Assembly: GCA_964016885.1 (NCBI GenBank)
Contig: OZ024743.1
Span: forward strand, 2,542,001-2,606,000
Reading direction: 5' to 3'
Length of the DNA: 64,000 bases
From: Eledone cirrhosa
Lineage: Eukaryota
The notes beneath the pieces are model-generated. The model ran no database searches and had not been told where the DNA came from. It saw only the letters and a program-made list of their open reading frames with translations. Positions 37,869-50,948 of the stretch are shown here, in pieces (position 1 is the first letter of the stretch; each line of letters begins with the position of its first letter). A program made the position numbers and the translations under genes.

Positions 37869-37889
37869 ATATGTATATATATATATTTT

Positions 37890-38103
37890 CTCGATCGACT
37901 TTCGTCAAATCGGTCCGAGGGAACAATGTTTCCGTTGGTCTTTCCAATTGCTAATACTATCTATCGGTCGCAACTCCAGGTAGAAGGAGCAACGTGAAAT
38001 AAAGTGTCTTGCTCAAGGACATAACGCATCACCTGGTCCAGGAATCGAACTCACAACCTTACGATTGCGAATCCAATTCTCTAACCACTCGGCCACACGC
38101 CTT
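37890..38103 (-). mobile_element. tRNA-derived SINE
   Basis: aagtgtcttgctcaagg...ggaatcgaactc...ctctaaccactcggccacacgcct (B- and A-box complements). Confidence 0.72.
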
Positions 38104-38377
38104 CACTAAATATATATACATATGTGTGTGTGTGTGTATCCTCCTTTTCTCTCTCACACACACACACACAGACATGGGTATGTATGTGTGCGTACGTGGG
38201 TGAATGCATGCATGCATATGTGCGTGTATTGTATACATGTATATTGTATGTATATATATATATGTATATTGTATGCATCTGTATTATATTGTGTGTATGT
38301 GTATGTGTGTGTGTATGATATGTATATGTGTGTGTATGTATGTATGTATATTTTTTTCTTTAGAAGTCTTCTCTATA

Positions 38378-39820
38378 TGTGGTATTTGGCATGAATTCCT
38401 CCTATAATACTTCTCTTTGAGAGGAGCACGATATGTGGAGTAACACATATGTATTGTCGCAGTTGAAACTGAGAACCACCACCCCTCCTGCTGACCCAAA
38501 TGTTTACTGAGGACCAGAACACCATTCCCCACAATATAAGAGAGGAATGCGCTTGCCGGACTATTGATGACCATAACATAACATTCCAAGGTAATGGCAA
38601 AACACAGTGAATGCTAGACATGACCAGAACACCACAACATGCACATCGGAGCAACAGAGATATAACATCAATAAGCGAGTCAATTGAATTTTTTGAGTTG
38701 AAATACATATAGATATGTGTCTGTGTGTATCGGACACACGTACACATAAAGAAACTGCTGACCTAAATGTACCTGTCATGCCTGTCTGAATTCCTAAGAG
38801 AATTTCCGGTCAGTTACTATCTTGACCGATTACCCTCACAATTACTACGTATAAATATGTGTCTGTGTGTATCGGACCCACGTACACATAAAGAAACTGC
38901 TGACCTAAATGTACCTGTCATGCCTGTCTGAATTCCTAAGAGAATTTTCGGTCAGTTACTATCTTGACTGATTACCCTCACAATTACTACGTAGCGGTTC
39001 TTGCACGTGACTGCTGGACCCGGATGAAACGAAGACGAAGAATTTCCTTGCGTACCGTTTTGTACCACAGATGCGATCTCACTCTGCCTCGTTAATGTTC
39101 AATCGACACCAAAGTTCTACGTTCGGAGCAATAGAATTGAATCCAACCACCGACAACATAGTTGGATGACCGATAATCACACCAAACCGGAGTACTGTGA
39201 TCCTTGTGATTTCGAGATATACAACCACTGACACTGTTACGAAGACCAGAAAACCATACTCCATAATATTGAACCAAATGATTGATTTGCGCGACCAAAA
39301 TAACACCACACACATATTGAACTAGGAATATTGGATCCTCCGTCAATGTCTGGGTGAGCAAAAATAGATTTCTATCTGCATTGGAATTTACGAACTTGTG
39401 CATCTGCTGTGGTGTCAAAAACAAACGCACATGACCGCACGGATGAACAATGGACTATACCACGTGGCTTGAACCTGCAGGTGAATTGAAGGATTTGTAA
39501 CTCTGATATACAGATTGTTTATTATTAAGATGTATAAACTTGACATAACTATTATCATCTTATATTCTCTCAAATAATCACGTTTGATTATATTTCTCTA
39601 TCCCGTTTTCTCCCCCTATATTTATAATATTTTTGTTTGAAAAGATCGGTTTTTTTACATTGTCTTTTCCCCTCCTAATTCTTTATATATTCTCTATATA
39701 TTTTTTATATATATTTTTTTATCTTTATTCTTATTTTCACTTTTATCATCCTTTATATTTTACCTTATTCTTACTTTTATACCTTATTATAGTGTAATCT
39801 AACCCATGCCTTATTATACA
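38378..39820. mobile_element. Possible solo LTR or other non-coding element with an internal ~140-bp tandem duplication (38714-38992)
   Basis: TGT...ACA termini, non-coding, flanked by microsatellite. The duplication is seen directly; the LTR call is tentative. Confidence 0.35.
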
Positions 39821-39829
39821 TTATTATAC

Positions 39830-39923
39830 ATATATGTATACAGACGTACAGTGGTATGTATATATATATATACATACATGCACACATATATATATGTACG
39901 TATGTATATATATATGTATATAT

Positions 39924-39969
<46 letters not shown>

Positions 39970-39970
39970 G

Positions 39971-40004
<34 letters not shown>

Positions 40005-40431
40005 TGTATGTATATATATGTATATATATATATATATGTATGTATATAGATGTATATATATATATGTATGTATATAGATGTATATATATATATGTATGTA
40101 TATAGATGTATATATATATATATATGTATGTATATAGATGTATATATATATATATATGTATGTATATAGATGTATATATATATATATATGTATGTATATA
40201 GATGTATATATATATATATATATATGTATGTATATAGATGTATATATATATATATATGTATGTATATAGATGTATATATATATATATGTATGTATATATA
40301 TGTATATATGTAGATATATGTATATATATATATATATGTATATATATGTATATATATATGTATATATATATGTATATATATATATGTATATATATATGTG
40401 TATATATGTATGTATGTATATATGTATGTAT
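39830..40431. repeat. (TA)n/(TATG)n microsatellite
   Basis: Seen directly. Confidence 0.97.
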
Positions 40432-40898
40432 GTTGATGGAAACCGCGGAGTGGGGAGACCCAAGATGACTTGGGATGAGGTGATAAAAGCCGACCTTACC
40501 CAACTACACCTCTCAAAGTCAATGACACACGACCGTGACTTCTGGCGTCACGCAGTAATACAGGGTACCCGACCTCCCATGGGTACATGCTGAAGCATAT
40601 AAACAATATGCCCCCCCCCCCCCCACCGCAAGGTGGTCGTGGAGGTGCCACGGCAAAAAAGCACCCAGCCCACACTGTAAAGTGGACGTGTAGGCGCCAC
40701 GGAAAAGCACCCAGCACTCACTGTAAATGAGGTTGGTGTTAGGAAGGGCATCCAGCTGTAGAAATCAAGCCAGATCAGTTCCTGTATGAGCAAGGCATAG
40801 TCAGCCGACCAGACACTGCCCACAACAGGACAACCCGTCTAACCCATGCTAGCGTGGAAGAACGGACGTAAAACGGTGATGATGATGATGATGATGAT
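40432..40898 (+). mobile_element. RTE family B short 3' fragment within a TA microsatellite
   Basis: Nearly identical to the reverse complement of ~28723-29175. Confidence 0.93.
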
Positions 40899-40957
40899 AT
40901 GTATGTATATATGTATGTATGTATGTATATATGTATGTATGTATATATGTATGTATG

Positions 40958-40988
<31 letters not shown>

Positions 40989-41057
40989 GTATATATGTAT
41001 GTATGTATATATGTATATATACATGTATGTATATATATATATAAGTATATATATATG

Positions 41058-41132
<75 letters not shown>

Positions 41133-41221
41133 GTATGTATGTATATATGTATATATACATGTATGTATATATATATATGTATATATATATGTATGTATGT
41201 ATATATGTATATATACATGTT

Positions 41222-41833
41222 ATGTCAGGTCACCAGTTGGTGCTACTGGTAACATGTATCCCAGTACAACCTGTCTCATGGTCGGGTCGTTGGCGACTAA
41301 ACTGGCAACCCCATCAAGGTTTCTTGGTGAGGAGGGTGACTTTGGACATCCTGCAGGACTAAAAACAAAACCTGTCAAAGGGCAAAGGAGCTCTTAAGTG
41401 TCAATGGCCATCCAAAATCACTGGGAGAGATGACCCCTTAGCCTTTGTCAAGGCAGAATTCTAGGAGAAGGAAAACTCTGATATAACACCTGCAACCCTG
41501 ATGGTATCCAATGATGTTGACTAGTTCTTCTTTTTGGTAAATATCATCTTGGTTAAGAGAGTGGGACTGGCTTTGTGCAGTGCCTTTGCTCACTATAAAA
41601 GCTTCACGGCACAGGCATTGCTTTATATCTGGAGATCTCTCCGCACTTGTCGTCACATGGTACCATGGGCCCAACACTATGTGTCAATAGTTGTCACAAG
41701 TGTAGTGTTTGTACCAGAGTTTTCAAGTCGCTGGCTGGACTAAAAAGTCACACTCGTTCAGCGCATCGGTAGGGGTTCTCCTACATGGATATAAAGTAGT
41801 GGTCGTACTCGAAAACGAGTTGGCAGCCACCAT
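41222..41833 (+). mobile_element. Bipartite non-autonomous RTE-like element (5' UTR joined to a C2H2-encoding 3' end)
   Basis: Motif ctaggagaaggaaaactctg recalled from RTE 5' UTRs. 41701-41772 encodes [23 protein letters not shown]. Confidence 0.6.
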
Positions 41834-42026
41834 ATATACATGTATGTATATATATATGTATATATATATGTATATATATATGTATATATATATATATGTA
41901 TATATATGTATATATATATGTATGTATATATATATATGTATATATACATGTATATATATATATGTATATATACATGTATATATATATATATGTATATATA
42001 CATGTATATATATGTATATATACATG

Positions 42027-42057
<31 letters not shown>

Positions 42058-42071
42058 GACTCCAGTTCATG

Positions 42072-42108
<37 letters not shown>

Positions 42109-42122
42109 GACTCCAGTTCATG

Positions 42123-42157
<35 letters not shown>

Positions 42158-42161
42158 GTAT

Positions 42162-42210
<49 letters not shown>

Positions 42211-42342
42211 CATGTATATATATTTATATGACTCCAGTTCCCCAGTGAATTAACGACCCAACAAGGAACTGGGCATATCAGAGTATTGACAATATCATAC
42301 ACCTAAACAACATATGTACTTGTCTATACCATACTAATTCAA

Positions 42343-42397
42343 ACTACCTGAAGAGGTCACAGCCAAAGATGGCTGTCACTGAAATATATATAGCAGT
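42343..42397 (+). ncRNA. Minimal type I hammerhead ribozyme motif
   Basis: actac-CTGAAGA-ggtcacagcca-aaga-tggctgtcact-GAAA-T-atat-ATA-gcagt, followed by AATAAA. One mismatch in helix I. Confidence 0.75.
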
Positions 42398-42447
42398 AAT
42401 AAACGAAGCTAAATTTTAATCATTTGACTTTTATTTAACTTTATTTT

Positions 42448-42572
42448 ATGTATGTATATATATATATGTATGTATATATATATATGTATATATATATATG
42501 TATGTATATATATATATGTATATATATATATGTATGTATATATATATATGTATGTATATATATATATGTATG

Positions 42573-42604
<32 letters not shown>

Positions 42605-42610
42605 TGTATG

Positions 42611-42641
<31 letters not shown>

Positions 42642-42642
42642 G

Positions 42643-42674
<32 letters not shown>

Positions 42675-42680
42675 TGTATG

Positions 42681-42711
<31 letters not shown>

Positions 42712-42823
42712 GTATGTATATATATATATGTATGTATATATATGTATATATATATATATATATGTATGTATATATATGTATATATATATATATATGTATG
42801 TATATATATATATATATGTATGT

Positions 42824-42877
<54 letters not shown>

Positions 42878-42966
42878 ATATATGTATATATATATATATA
42901 TGTATGTATATATATGTATATGTATATATATATGTATGTATATATATATATGTATGTATATATATG

Positions 42967-43001
<35 letters not shown>

Positions 43002-43134
43002 GTATGTATATATATGTATATATATATATATATGTATGTATATATATGTATATATATATATATATGTATGTATATATATGTATATGTATATATATATGTA
43101 TGTATATATATATATGTATGTATATATATATATG

Positions 43135-43173
<39 letters not shown>

Positions 43174-43285
43174 ATATATATATATATGTATGTATATATA
43201 TGTATATATATATATATATATGTATGTATATATATGTATATATGTATGTATATATATGTAGATATATATATATATATGTAGATAT

Positions 43286-43326
<41 letters not shown>

Positions 43327-43367
43327 TATTTATGTATATATATGTATGTATATATATATATGTATGT

Positions 43368-43436
<69 letters not shown>

Positions 43437-43555
43437 TATGTATGTATATATATATATGTATGTATATATATATATGTATATATATATATGTATGTATATA
43501 TATATATGTATATATATATATGTATGTATATATATATATGTATATATATATATAT
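42448..43555. repeat. 1.1-kb (TA)n/(TATG)n microsatellite
   Basis: Seen directly. Confidence 0.97.
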
Positions 43556-44453
43556 CTGGATGGAAAAAGTTCAGAGAGCTTATACCACTATTAGCCGCTA
43601 AAGGGTTCTCCCTAAAAATGAAAGGCAGGTTGTATGATGCCTGCATACGAACAGCAATGTTACATGGCAGCGAGACATGGGCATTGTGCGCAGAGGATAT
43701 ACGCAGACTAGAGAGGAACGAAGCCTGCATGATCCGCTGGATGTGTAATAGTAATATACGCGAACGGCAAAGCATAAACGAACTAAGGAAAAAATTAGAA
43801 ATAAGAGGGATCAGATGTTGTTTACTCGAGAGAAGGCTACGTTGGTATGGACACGTGATGCGCATGAAAGTCGATAGCTGTATAACAAAGTGCAGGGCAA
43901 TAAAGATAGACGGTAGCCACGGAATAGGCAGACCTAGAAAATCCTGGGACGAGCTGATAAACTCCGACCTCACACACTTACACCTCTCCAAGACAATGTC
44001 ACTGGACCGAGACCTTTGGCGGTACTCAGTAATAGAGAAGACCCGCCTTACCTAAATACATAGTAAAACCTACTACAGCCAGTAGGCATCTCTAACAAAA
44101 TACACCCCCGTCCCACCACCCACACCCCCATCCACACCACCCCCTCCTATGTAAAGTTATGTTGGTGCCACAACATCCAGGCCGAAACAAATGAGATCGT
44201 GTAGGTGTCACGAGAAAAAAACACACAGTCCACACTGTAATGTGGCCGTGTAGGCAACACGGTAAAAACCTCCCAGACCCACACTGTAAATGTGGTTGGT
44301 GTTAGGAAGGGCATCCAACTGTAGAAAACCTGCCAGACAGTCCTATGCGAGCAAGACAATCACTCTTGCCTCAAGTGTGACTACCCCCGTCCAAACCCAT
44401 GCAAGCGTGGAACACGGACGTTAAACGGTGATGATGATGATGATGATGATGAT
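43556..44453 (+). mobile_element. RTE family A 3' fragment
   Basis: GWKKFREL...KTRLT*, 3' UTR and (GAT)n tail. Confidence 0.94.
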
Positions 44454-44582
44454 ATATATATGTATATATATATGTATGTATATATGTATGTATATATGTA
44501 TATATATATGTATGTATATATATATATGTATATATATATGTATGTATATATATATATGTATATATATATGTATATATATATG

Positions 44583-44639
<57 letters not shown>

Positions 44640-44671
44640 GTATATGTATGTATATGTATATGTATGTATAT

Positions 44672-46135
44672 GCGAAGTCTTTCAATTCAGGATTTGGGCA
44701 CCATGGCCCATTCGAGAAGAGAATTACTGTTTGCGGAGACATATCCGGGTGTGGGTGGTTTGTCCGGGATTACTTGGAGGAATTTGTCCAAAGACTTCTT
44801 GAATTTTGTGTGGTCAGTTTCTGTTTTGACGTGTCCTGGTGTGATGTTGAAGAGAGCAGGGCCGATTGAGGTGAAATAATTGTGCCGTATTGTTGTTATG
44901 AGTTGCGATTTAGATTTTTGAATGGGACGGATAGCACGGGGCCCAAGCCTTGGGTGTATCTTGAAGGCGATGCCAACATCATTTGGGCAGTGATGATGGA
45001 ACATTTTCCACATCATGCAGATAATATAACGCTCACGGCGACGTTGGAGTGAGTAAAGTTTCAGGTTTTCCAATCGACCCCAGTAGTCAAGGTCTGACAT
45101 GCCATCTATCTTTTTCGTGATTGCCCTTTGAGGAGCTTCAAGTTTCATGATACTTTGTTTCGTGTGGGGAGACCACAGTGGACAACAGTATTCAAGGTGT
45201 GGTCGGGCGAAAGTAGAGAAGAGAAGGATAATGGTGCGGGAATCTCTCGACTGGAAGGTTCTGAGGATCCAGGAACACATTCTGCGGGCCATGTCAACTT
45301 TGCTGCTTATATGCGTGGTCCAGCTTATGTTGCTGTCCACGGTTACTCCCAAGTCTCTGATGTTGTTAGATGCCACGAGAGTTTCCCCGGAGGGAAGGGA
45401 GTACGGGAGTTTCAGAGCATCCTCTTTTCCAAAGTGGATCAGTTCGAATTTGTCTTCGTTCAGTAACATGTTGTTCTTTTCTGCCCATTGGGTAACAGCC
45501 AGTAGGTCTGACTGAAGGCTTATCCGGTCATCCACGCCATTGATGACCTTTTGGAGCTTGGAATCATCAGCGAAAATTTTAATGTTGCTGTGTTTGATGA
45601 TGTCAGTGATGTCATTAATATAGATGATGAAGAGAAGTGGGCCCAACACAGTGCCTTGTGGGACTCCACTACTGACTTTGGCTGGGCTTGATTTGACTCC
45701 CTCAACTACAACATGTTGGGTTCTGTTTGACAGGAAGCTCTTGATCCACTGCAGCAGCTTTCCAGTGACACCAATATTGGACAGCTTTCTCAGTAGAATG
45801 TTATGATCAACCCTGTCAAAGGCCTTGCTGAAATCAAGGTAGATAACATCAGTGTTGGAACCCTCTCCCAAGGCTCTCAAAATGTCATCAAAGTGATGCA
45901 GTAGTTGCGTCAGGCAATCCCTTCCATTACGGAATCCATGCTGGTTGGAGTTCAGCATAGTGTTACTCTCAAGGAAGTGGGTCATTCGCGATCTCACCAC
46001 TCGCTCAAATACCTTAATGATATGAGAGGTGAGTGAGATTGGACGGTAATTCACGGCAAGGGATTTGTTTCCCTTTTTGAAAACTGGGACAACAGACTGG
46101 GATAGAAGGTTTTCTGGCACATATCCAGCATCCAT
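44672..46135 (-). mobile_element. CR1/L2-clade LINE family 2, 5'-truncated, uninterrupted RT to C-terminus
   Basis: [32 protein letters not shown]. Stop at 44687; a very short 3' UTR runs into (CATA)n. Confidence 0.93.
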
Positions 46136-46552
46136 ATATATATATGTATGTATGTATATGTATGTATGTATATATATATATGTATGTATATATATATATG
46201 TATGTATATATATATATGTATGTATATATATATAGGTATGTATGTATATATATATAGGTATGTATATATATATAGGTATGTATATATATATAGGTATGTA
46301 TATATAGGTATGTATATATATATAGGTATGTATATATATGTATGTATATATATATAGGTATGTATATATATGTATGTATATATATATAGGTATGTATATA
46401 TATGTATGTATATATATATATAGGTATGTATGTATATATATGTATGTATGTATATATGTATGTATGTATATATATATATGTATGTATATATATATATGTA
46501 TGTATATATATATAGCTATGTATATATATGTATGTATATATATATAGGTGTG

Positions 46553-46597
<45 letters not shown>

Positions 46598-46704
46598 ATA
46601 TATATATGTATATATATATATGTATGTATATATATATATGTATGTATATATATATATGTATGTATATATACATACATATGTATATATACATACATATATA
46701 TATA
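46135..46704. repeat. (TA)n/(TATG)n/(TAGG) microsatellite
   Basis: Seen directly. Confidence 0.97.
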
Positions 46705-46846
46705 TAACCACGGAGCTTGAGGCAATCCAGCAAAGCTACACCAAGAGGATTGCCAAGATGAGGGAGACAAGCTACTGGGAGAGGCTGAAGGAACTGAACC
46801 TCTACTCCTTGGAGCGAAGACGGGAGAGATACGCAGTGATCTACAT
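46705..46846 (+). mobile_element. Short fragment of CR1/L2 family 3
   Basis: [46 protein letters not shown], nearly identical to the minus-strand copy at ~63750-63893. Confidence 0.9.
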
Positions 46847-49800
46847 TGGACGGGGGTAGTCCCACTTGAGGCAAGAGTGATTGTCTTGCTCGCATAGGAC
46901 TGTCTGGCAGGTTTTCTACAGTTGGATGCCCTTCCTAACACCAAGCAGATTTACAGTGTGGGTCTGGGAGGTTTTTACCGTGTTGCCTACACGGCCACAT
47001 TACAGCGTGGACTGTGTGTTTTTTTGTCGTGACACCTACACGATCTCATTTGTTTCGGCCTCGATGGCGCGGCACCAACATAATTTTACATAGAACGGGG
47101 TGGTGTGGATGGGGTGGGGGTGGTGGTGGTGGGACGGGGTGTATTTTGTTAGAGATGCCTACTGGCTGGAGTAGGTTTTACTATATATTTAGGTAAGGCG
47201 GGTCTTCTCTGTTACTGAGTACCGCCAAAGGTCTCGGTCCAGTGACATTGTCTTGGAGAGGTGTAAGTGTGTGATGTCGGAGTTTATCAGCTCGTCCCAG
47301 GTTTTTCTAGGTCTGCCTATTCCGTGACTACCGTCTATCTTTATTGCCCTGCACTTTGTTATACAGCTATCGACTTTCATGCGCATCACGTGTCCATACC
47401 AACGTAGCCTTCTCTCGAGTAAACAACATCTGATTCCTCTTATCTCTAATTTTTTCCTTAGTTCGTTTATGCTTTGCCGTTCACGTATATTACTTTTACA
47501 CATCCAGCGGAGCATGCAAGCTTCGTTCCTCTCTAGTCTGCGTATATCCTCTGCACACAATGCCCAGGTCTCACTGCCATGCAGCATTGCTGTTCGTATG
47601 CAGGCATCGTACAACCTGCCTTTCATTTTTAGGGAGAACCCTTTAGCAGCTAATAGTGGTATAAGCTCTCTGAACTTTTTCCAACCAGTTCTGACTCTAG
47701 CTACAGTACTTTCAGAGCACCCTCCCCCACTGCTGATTTTATCGCCCAGGTAACGGAAGCTGTCCACTATTTCTATAGAACCCTCTGCGCAATTGAAAGA
47801 GCTAGTATTTTGTGGGCACTTGCTGCTACTTATTGCACCAGAGCACCGGCCACATGTAAAATCTATGTTCTTAGTTAGCTTACCTGTGATCCCACTACAT
47901 CTTTTATGCACCCATACTTTGCATTTAGGACATAAAATGGAGTTTCTACCTACGCCTTTCCTACACACCGAGCACGACCATTTCCCAGAAGGGACCGCCG
48001 CCTTGTTTTCTTTCCTACAAACTAGTACTTTGGTCTTAGCCAGGTTAATTTTAAGTCCTTTTGACTCTAGGCCGTGCTTTCATGTTTGGAATTTCTTCTC
48101 TAGCTCGGCCATTGATTCCGCTATGAGTGTCAGGTCGTCTGCGTATAGGAGTTCCCATGGGCAGCCTGTCTTGAACTCCTCTGTTATAGCCTGAAGGGCA
48201 ATAATAAATAGTAGTGGGCTGAGAACAGAGCCCTGATGGACGCCAACTTTTACGCTAAACTCTTCACTATATTCGTTGTTAATTCTAACCTTGCTGACTG
48301 TTTCTTTATACATGGCTTGTATAGCCCTCACAAGCCATTCGTCAACGCCTAGTTTTCTAAGAGCCCACCAGATAATGGAGCGGGGGACTCTGTCGAAGGC
48401 TTTCTCCAAGTCGACAAAAGCTAAGTAGAGGGGTTTACCTTTAGCTAGGTACTTCTCCTGTAGTTGTCGTACTATGAAAAGAGCGTCTGTGGTACTTTTG
48501 CCTGACACAAACCCGAACTGCATTTCATCTAGGTCAATTCTCTCTCTGATTAGTTGCGCTATTACTTTTTCCGTGACCTTCATGACCTGGTCGATTAATT
48601 TGATGCCTCTATAGTTACTACTATCTAGGGCGTCTCCTTTACCCTTATAACAGTTAACGATGATGCTGCTATGCCAGTCCTTCGGAACAACCCCATTCTG
48701 TACGACTTGGTTAACTATGCGGGTGACCATGGTGTGTCCCACCGTGCCAGATGCCTTCAGCATCTCAGCAACTATTTCCGAAGGCCCAGCCGCCTTACCC
48801 GTCTTCATATCCTTGATTGCCTTACTTATTATACTCCCCTCGACTAACACTGCTGGTCCCTCTATTGGGTCGATATGGGGGAGACTGTCTTTCTCCCATT
48901 TATTCTCCTCATTTAGTAGCCTTTCATAGTGACACTTCCAAGCTACCTTCTTATCAGCGTCGGTGATGGCAAGTGTGCCATCGTCGTTTAGTACACACTT
49001 CTCCCCGACAATATCACGGTTTTCCTTGACGCATTGCCTAGCAATCCTGAACACCTCACGTTTTTGGTCATCGCGTTGTAGAACATGCTTGAACTTTCTT
49101 TCCTCGGCTTCCCTTCTTGCTAAGTACACTTGTCTCCTAGCTTCCCCCCTGGCCACTTGATAGTCTTCTCTACTTCCCCCATCCCGCCATACTTTCCAAG
49201 CCTGCTTTTTGGCCTTAATTGACCCCTCCACCTTACTGTTCCACCACCATGTTACTCTCCTCCTGCCTACAGGCCTGCTCCAGCCACAGACTTCGTCTGT
49301 CGCCAACAGCGGGTTTGCTTTCAGAAATTCCCACTCTCCCTCTATATTGTCCGACTCTAAATGTTCTTCCTTACTGTCGAAAGCATCAAGTAATATGCTT
49401 TGAAATTTATTCCTGGCTGTGGGGTCCTTTAGCTTCCATATTTTTCTCCTGAGTATAGTCCTCTTCTGCTGTCGAGTACGTCTCGTCCTGACTATGAGGT
49501 CGCTAATTATCAGTCTATGTTGGGAGGTGCATTCTTCATGGGGGAGGGATTTAGTGTTTACAACAGACACTCTGTCACGTCTTCTGGTAAGGATATAATC
49601 TACCTGGCTTGTGTGTTCCCCGGATCTATAGGTGATCAGGTGATTGTCACGTTTTTTGAAGTTAGGGTTACAGATAGTTAGGTTATTTGCATCACAGAAT
49701 TCCAGGATTCTGGAGCCTTCCTCATTTCTAGTACCAAACCCATAGCCTCCATGGATTTCGTCGTAGCCGTCACAATGTTGTCCAACGTGACCATTTAGGT

Positions 49801-50586
49801 CGCCTGCGATAATTATATAGTCACTGTCGGATATTTGGGAGGTAGTTAGCATCAGTGTCTCATAGAATCTGTCTTTTATAGTGCCGGGCAGTCCGGATTG
49901 GGGTGCGTACGCAGATATTACTGTCACCGTAGTTCTATTGAGGACAAGTCGTATTTTAATTATTCTGTCGTTCACTCTATTTACGTCTATTATCTTATCT
50001 GCCCACTTTTCTGCTACCATGATTCCTACTCCACCCAGCCCATCGTCGTTTCCCACCCAGAAAAGCTTATAACATCGTTTTTTACCCTCAATGAACCTAG
50101 CAGACCCACCCCTCCACCTGGTCTCTTGAATACAACAAACATCGACCTCCTTACGTTCAAGCATTTCTACAACCTCGTTAGCGCGACCCTTTAGGGTGCC
50201 TACATTTATGGTACCAACTCTGAAGTTTTGGATTGCGTTTGGGGATCGGGGGCGGTGGGGGGAGAAGGGCGATGGGGTTATGTTAGCCGTCCGCGGTCGA
50301 AACAATGAGGAGTGCTCGCATTCTCGTCCAAGAGGTGAATTTGTCTTTATCTTTGGCATTGTCGCTGAGCGTCCAGATTTTTCTCTCTCACTCCTCCACT
50401 CTCCAGGATTCCGCAGTCCATCCATCCATCATATATCGAAAGGCAACCAGGCAAGCGATAGTATAGGCCTCTGGCTTCTGATTGGTCCGCGTAATAATAC
50501 TGGTGATGTGTGGGGGCTCTGGTTTATGATTGGTCCACGTAATAGCAATGGTGGTGCGTGGGGGTGGGAGGGAGGGGTGTTGGGTA
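46846..50586 (-). mobile_element. Full-length RTE family A LINE (5' UTR, 3' UTR lacking its tail)
   Basis: Single APE-RT reading frame 50425-47189 plus UTRs. Confidence 0.95.
47189..50425 (-). pseudogene. RTE ORF (APE endonuclease, RT, PHD-like finger; 1078 codons) with one in-frame TGA at 48080-48082
   Basis: ORFs 48080-50425 and 47189-47968 are in the same frame with no other stop between them. Other copies have TGG (FQTWKHG). Confidence 0.92.
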
Positions 50587-50916
50587 GCTAGATAGAAGGT
50601 AATGATTGAATGGGGTCCTTGCATTTAACAAGCGATTAACAAAAATACAAAATTTGTTCTGTTCAATACGACCAAAAACTTTCGTATTTAACAATTAATA
50701 AATACAAAAAATGTAGATTGTTTTAGCGATAGATTGGCTATTTGGACTTGATACGAAATATGGATTGTTTTGAAAATACGCTAGAATTAGGATTAAAATA
50801 CGCTAGAATTAGGATTTGTGGAGGTAGAGAGATGAAGGAAAATCTGTACATTACGTTACATGAATATCGTGGGGGTAGACAGCAAGCAATGAAATTTGGC
50901 GAAGTGAATTCCTATC

Positions 50917-50948
<32 letters not shown>

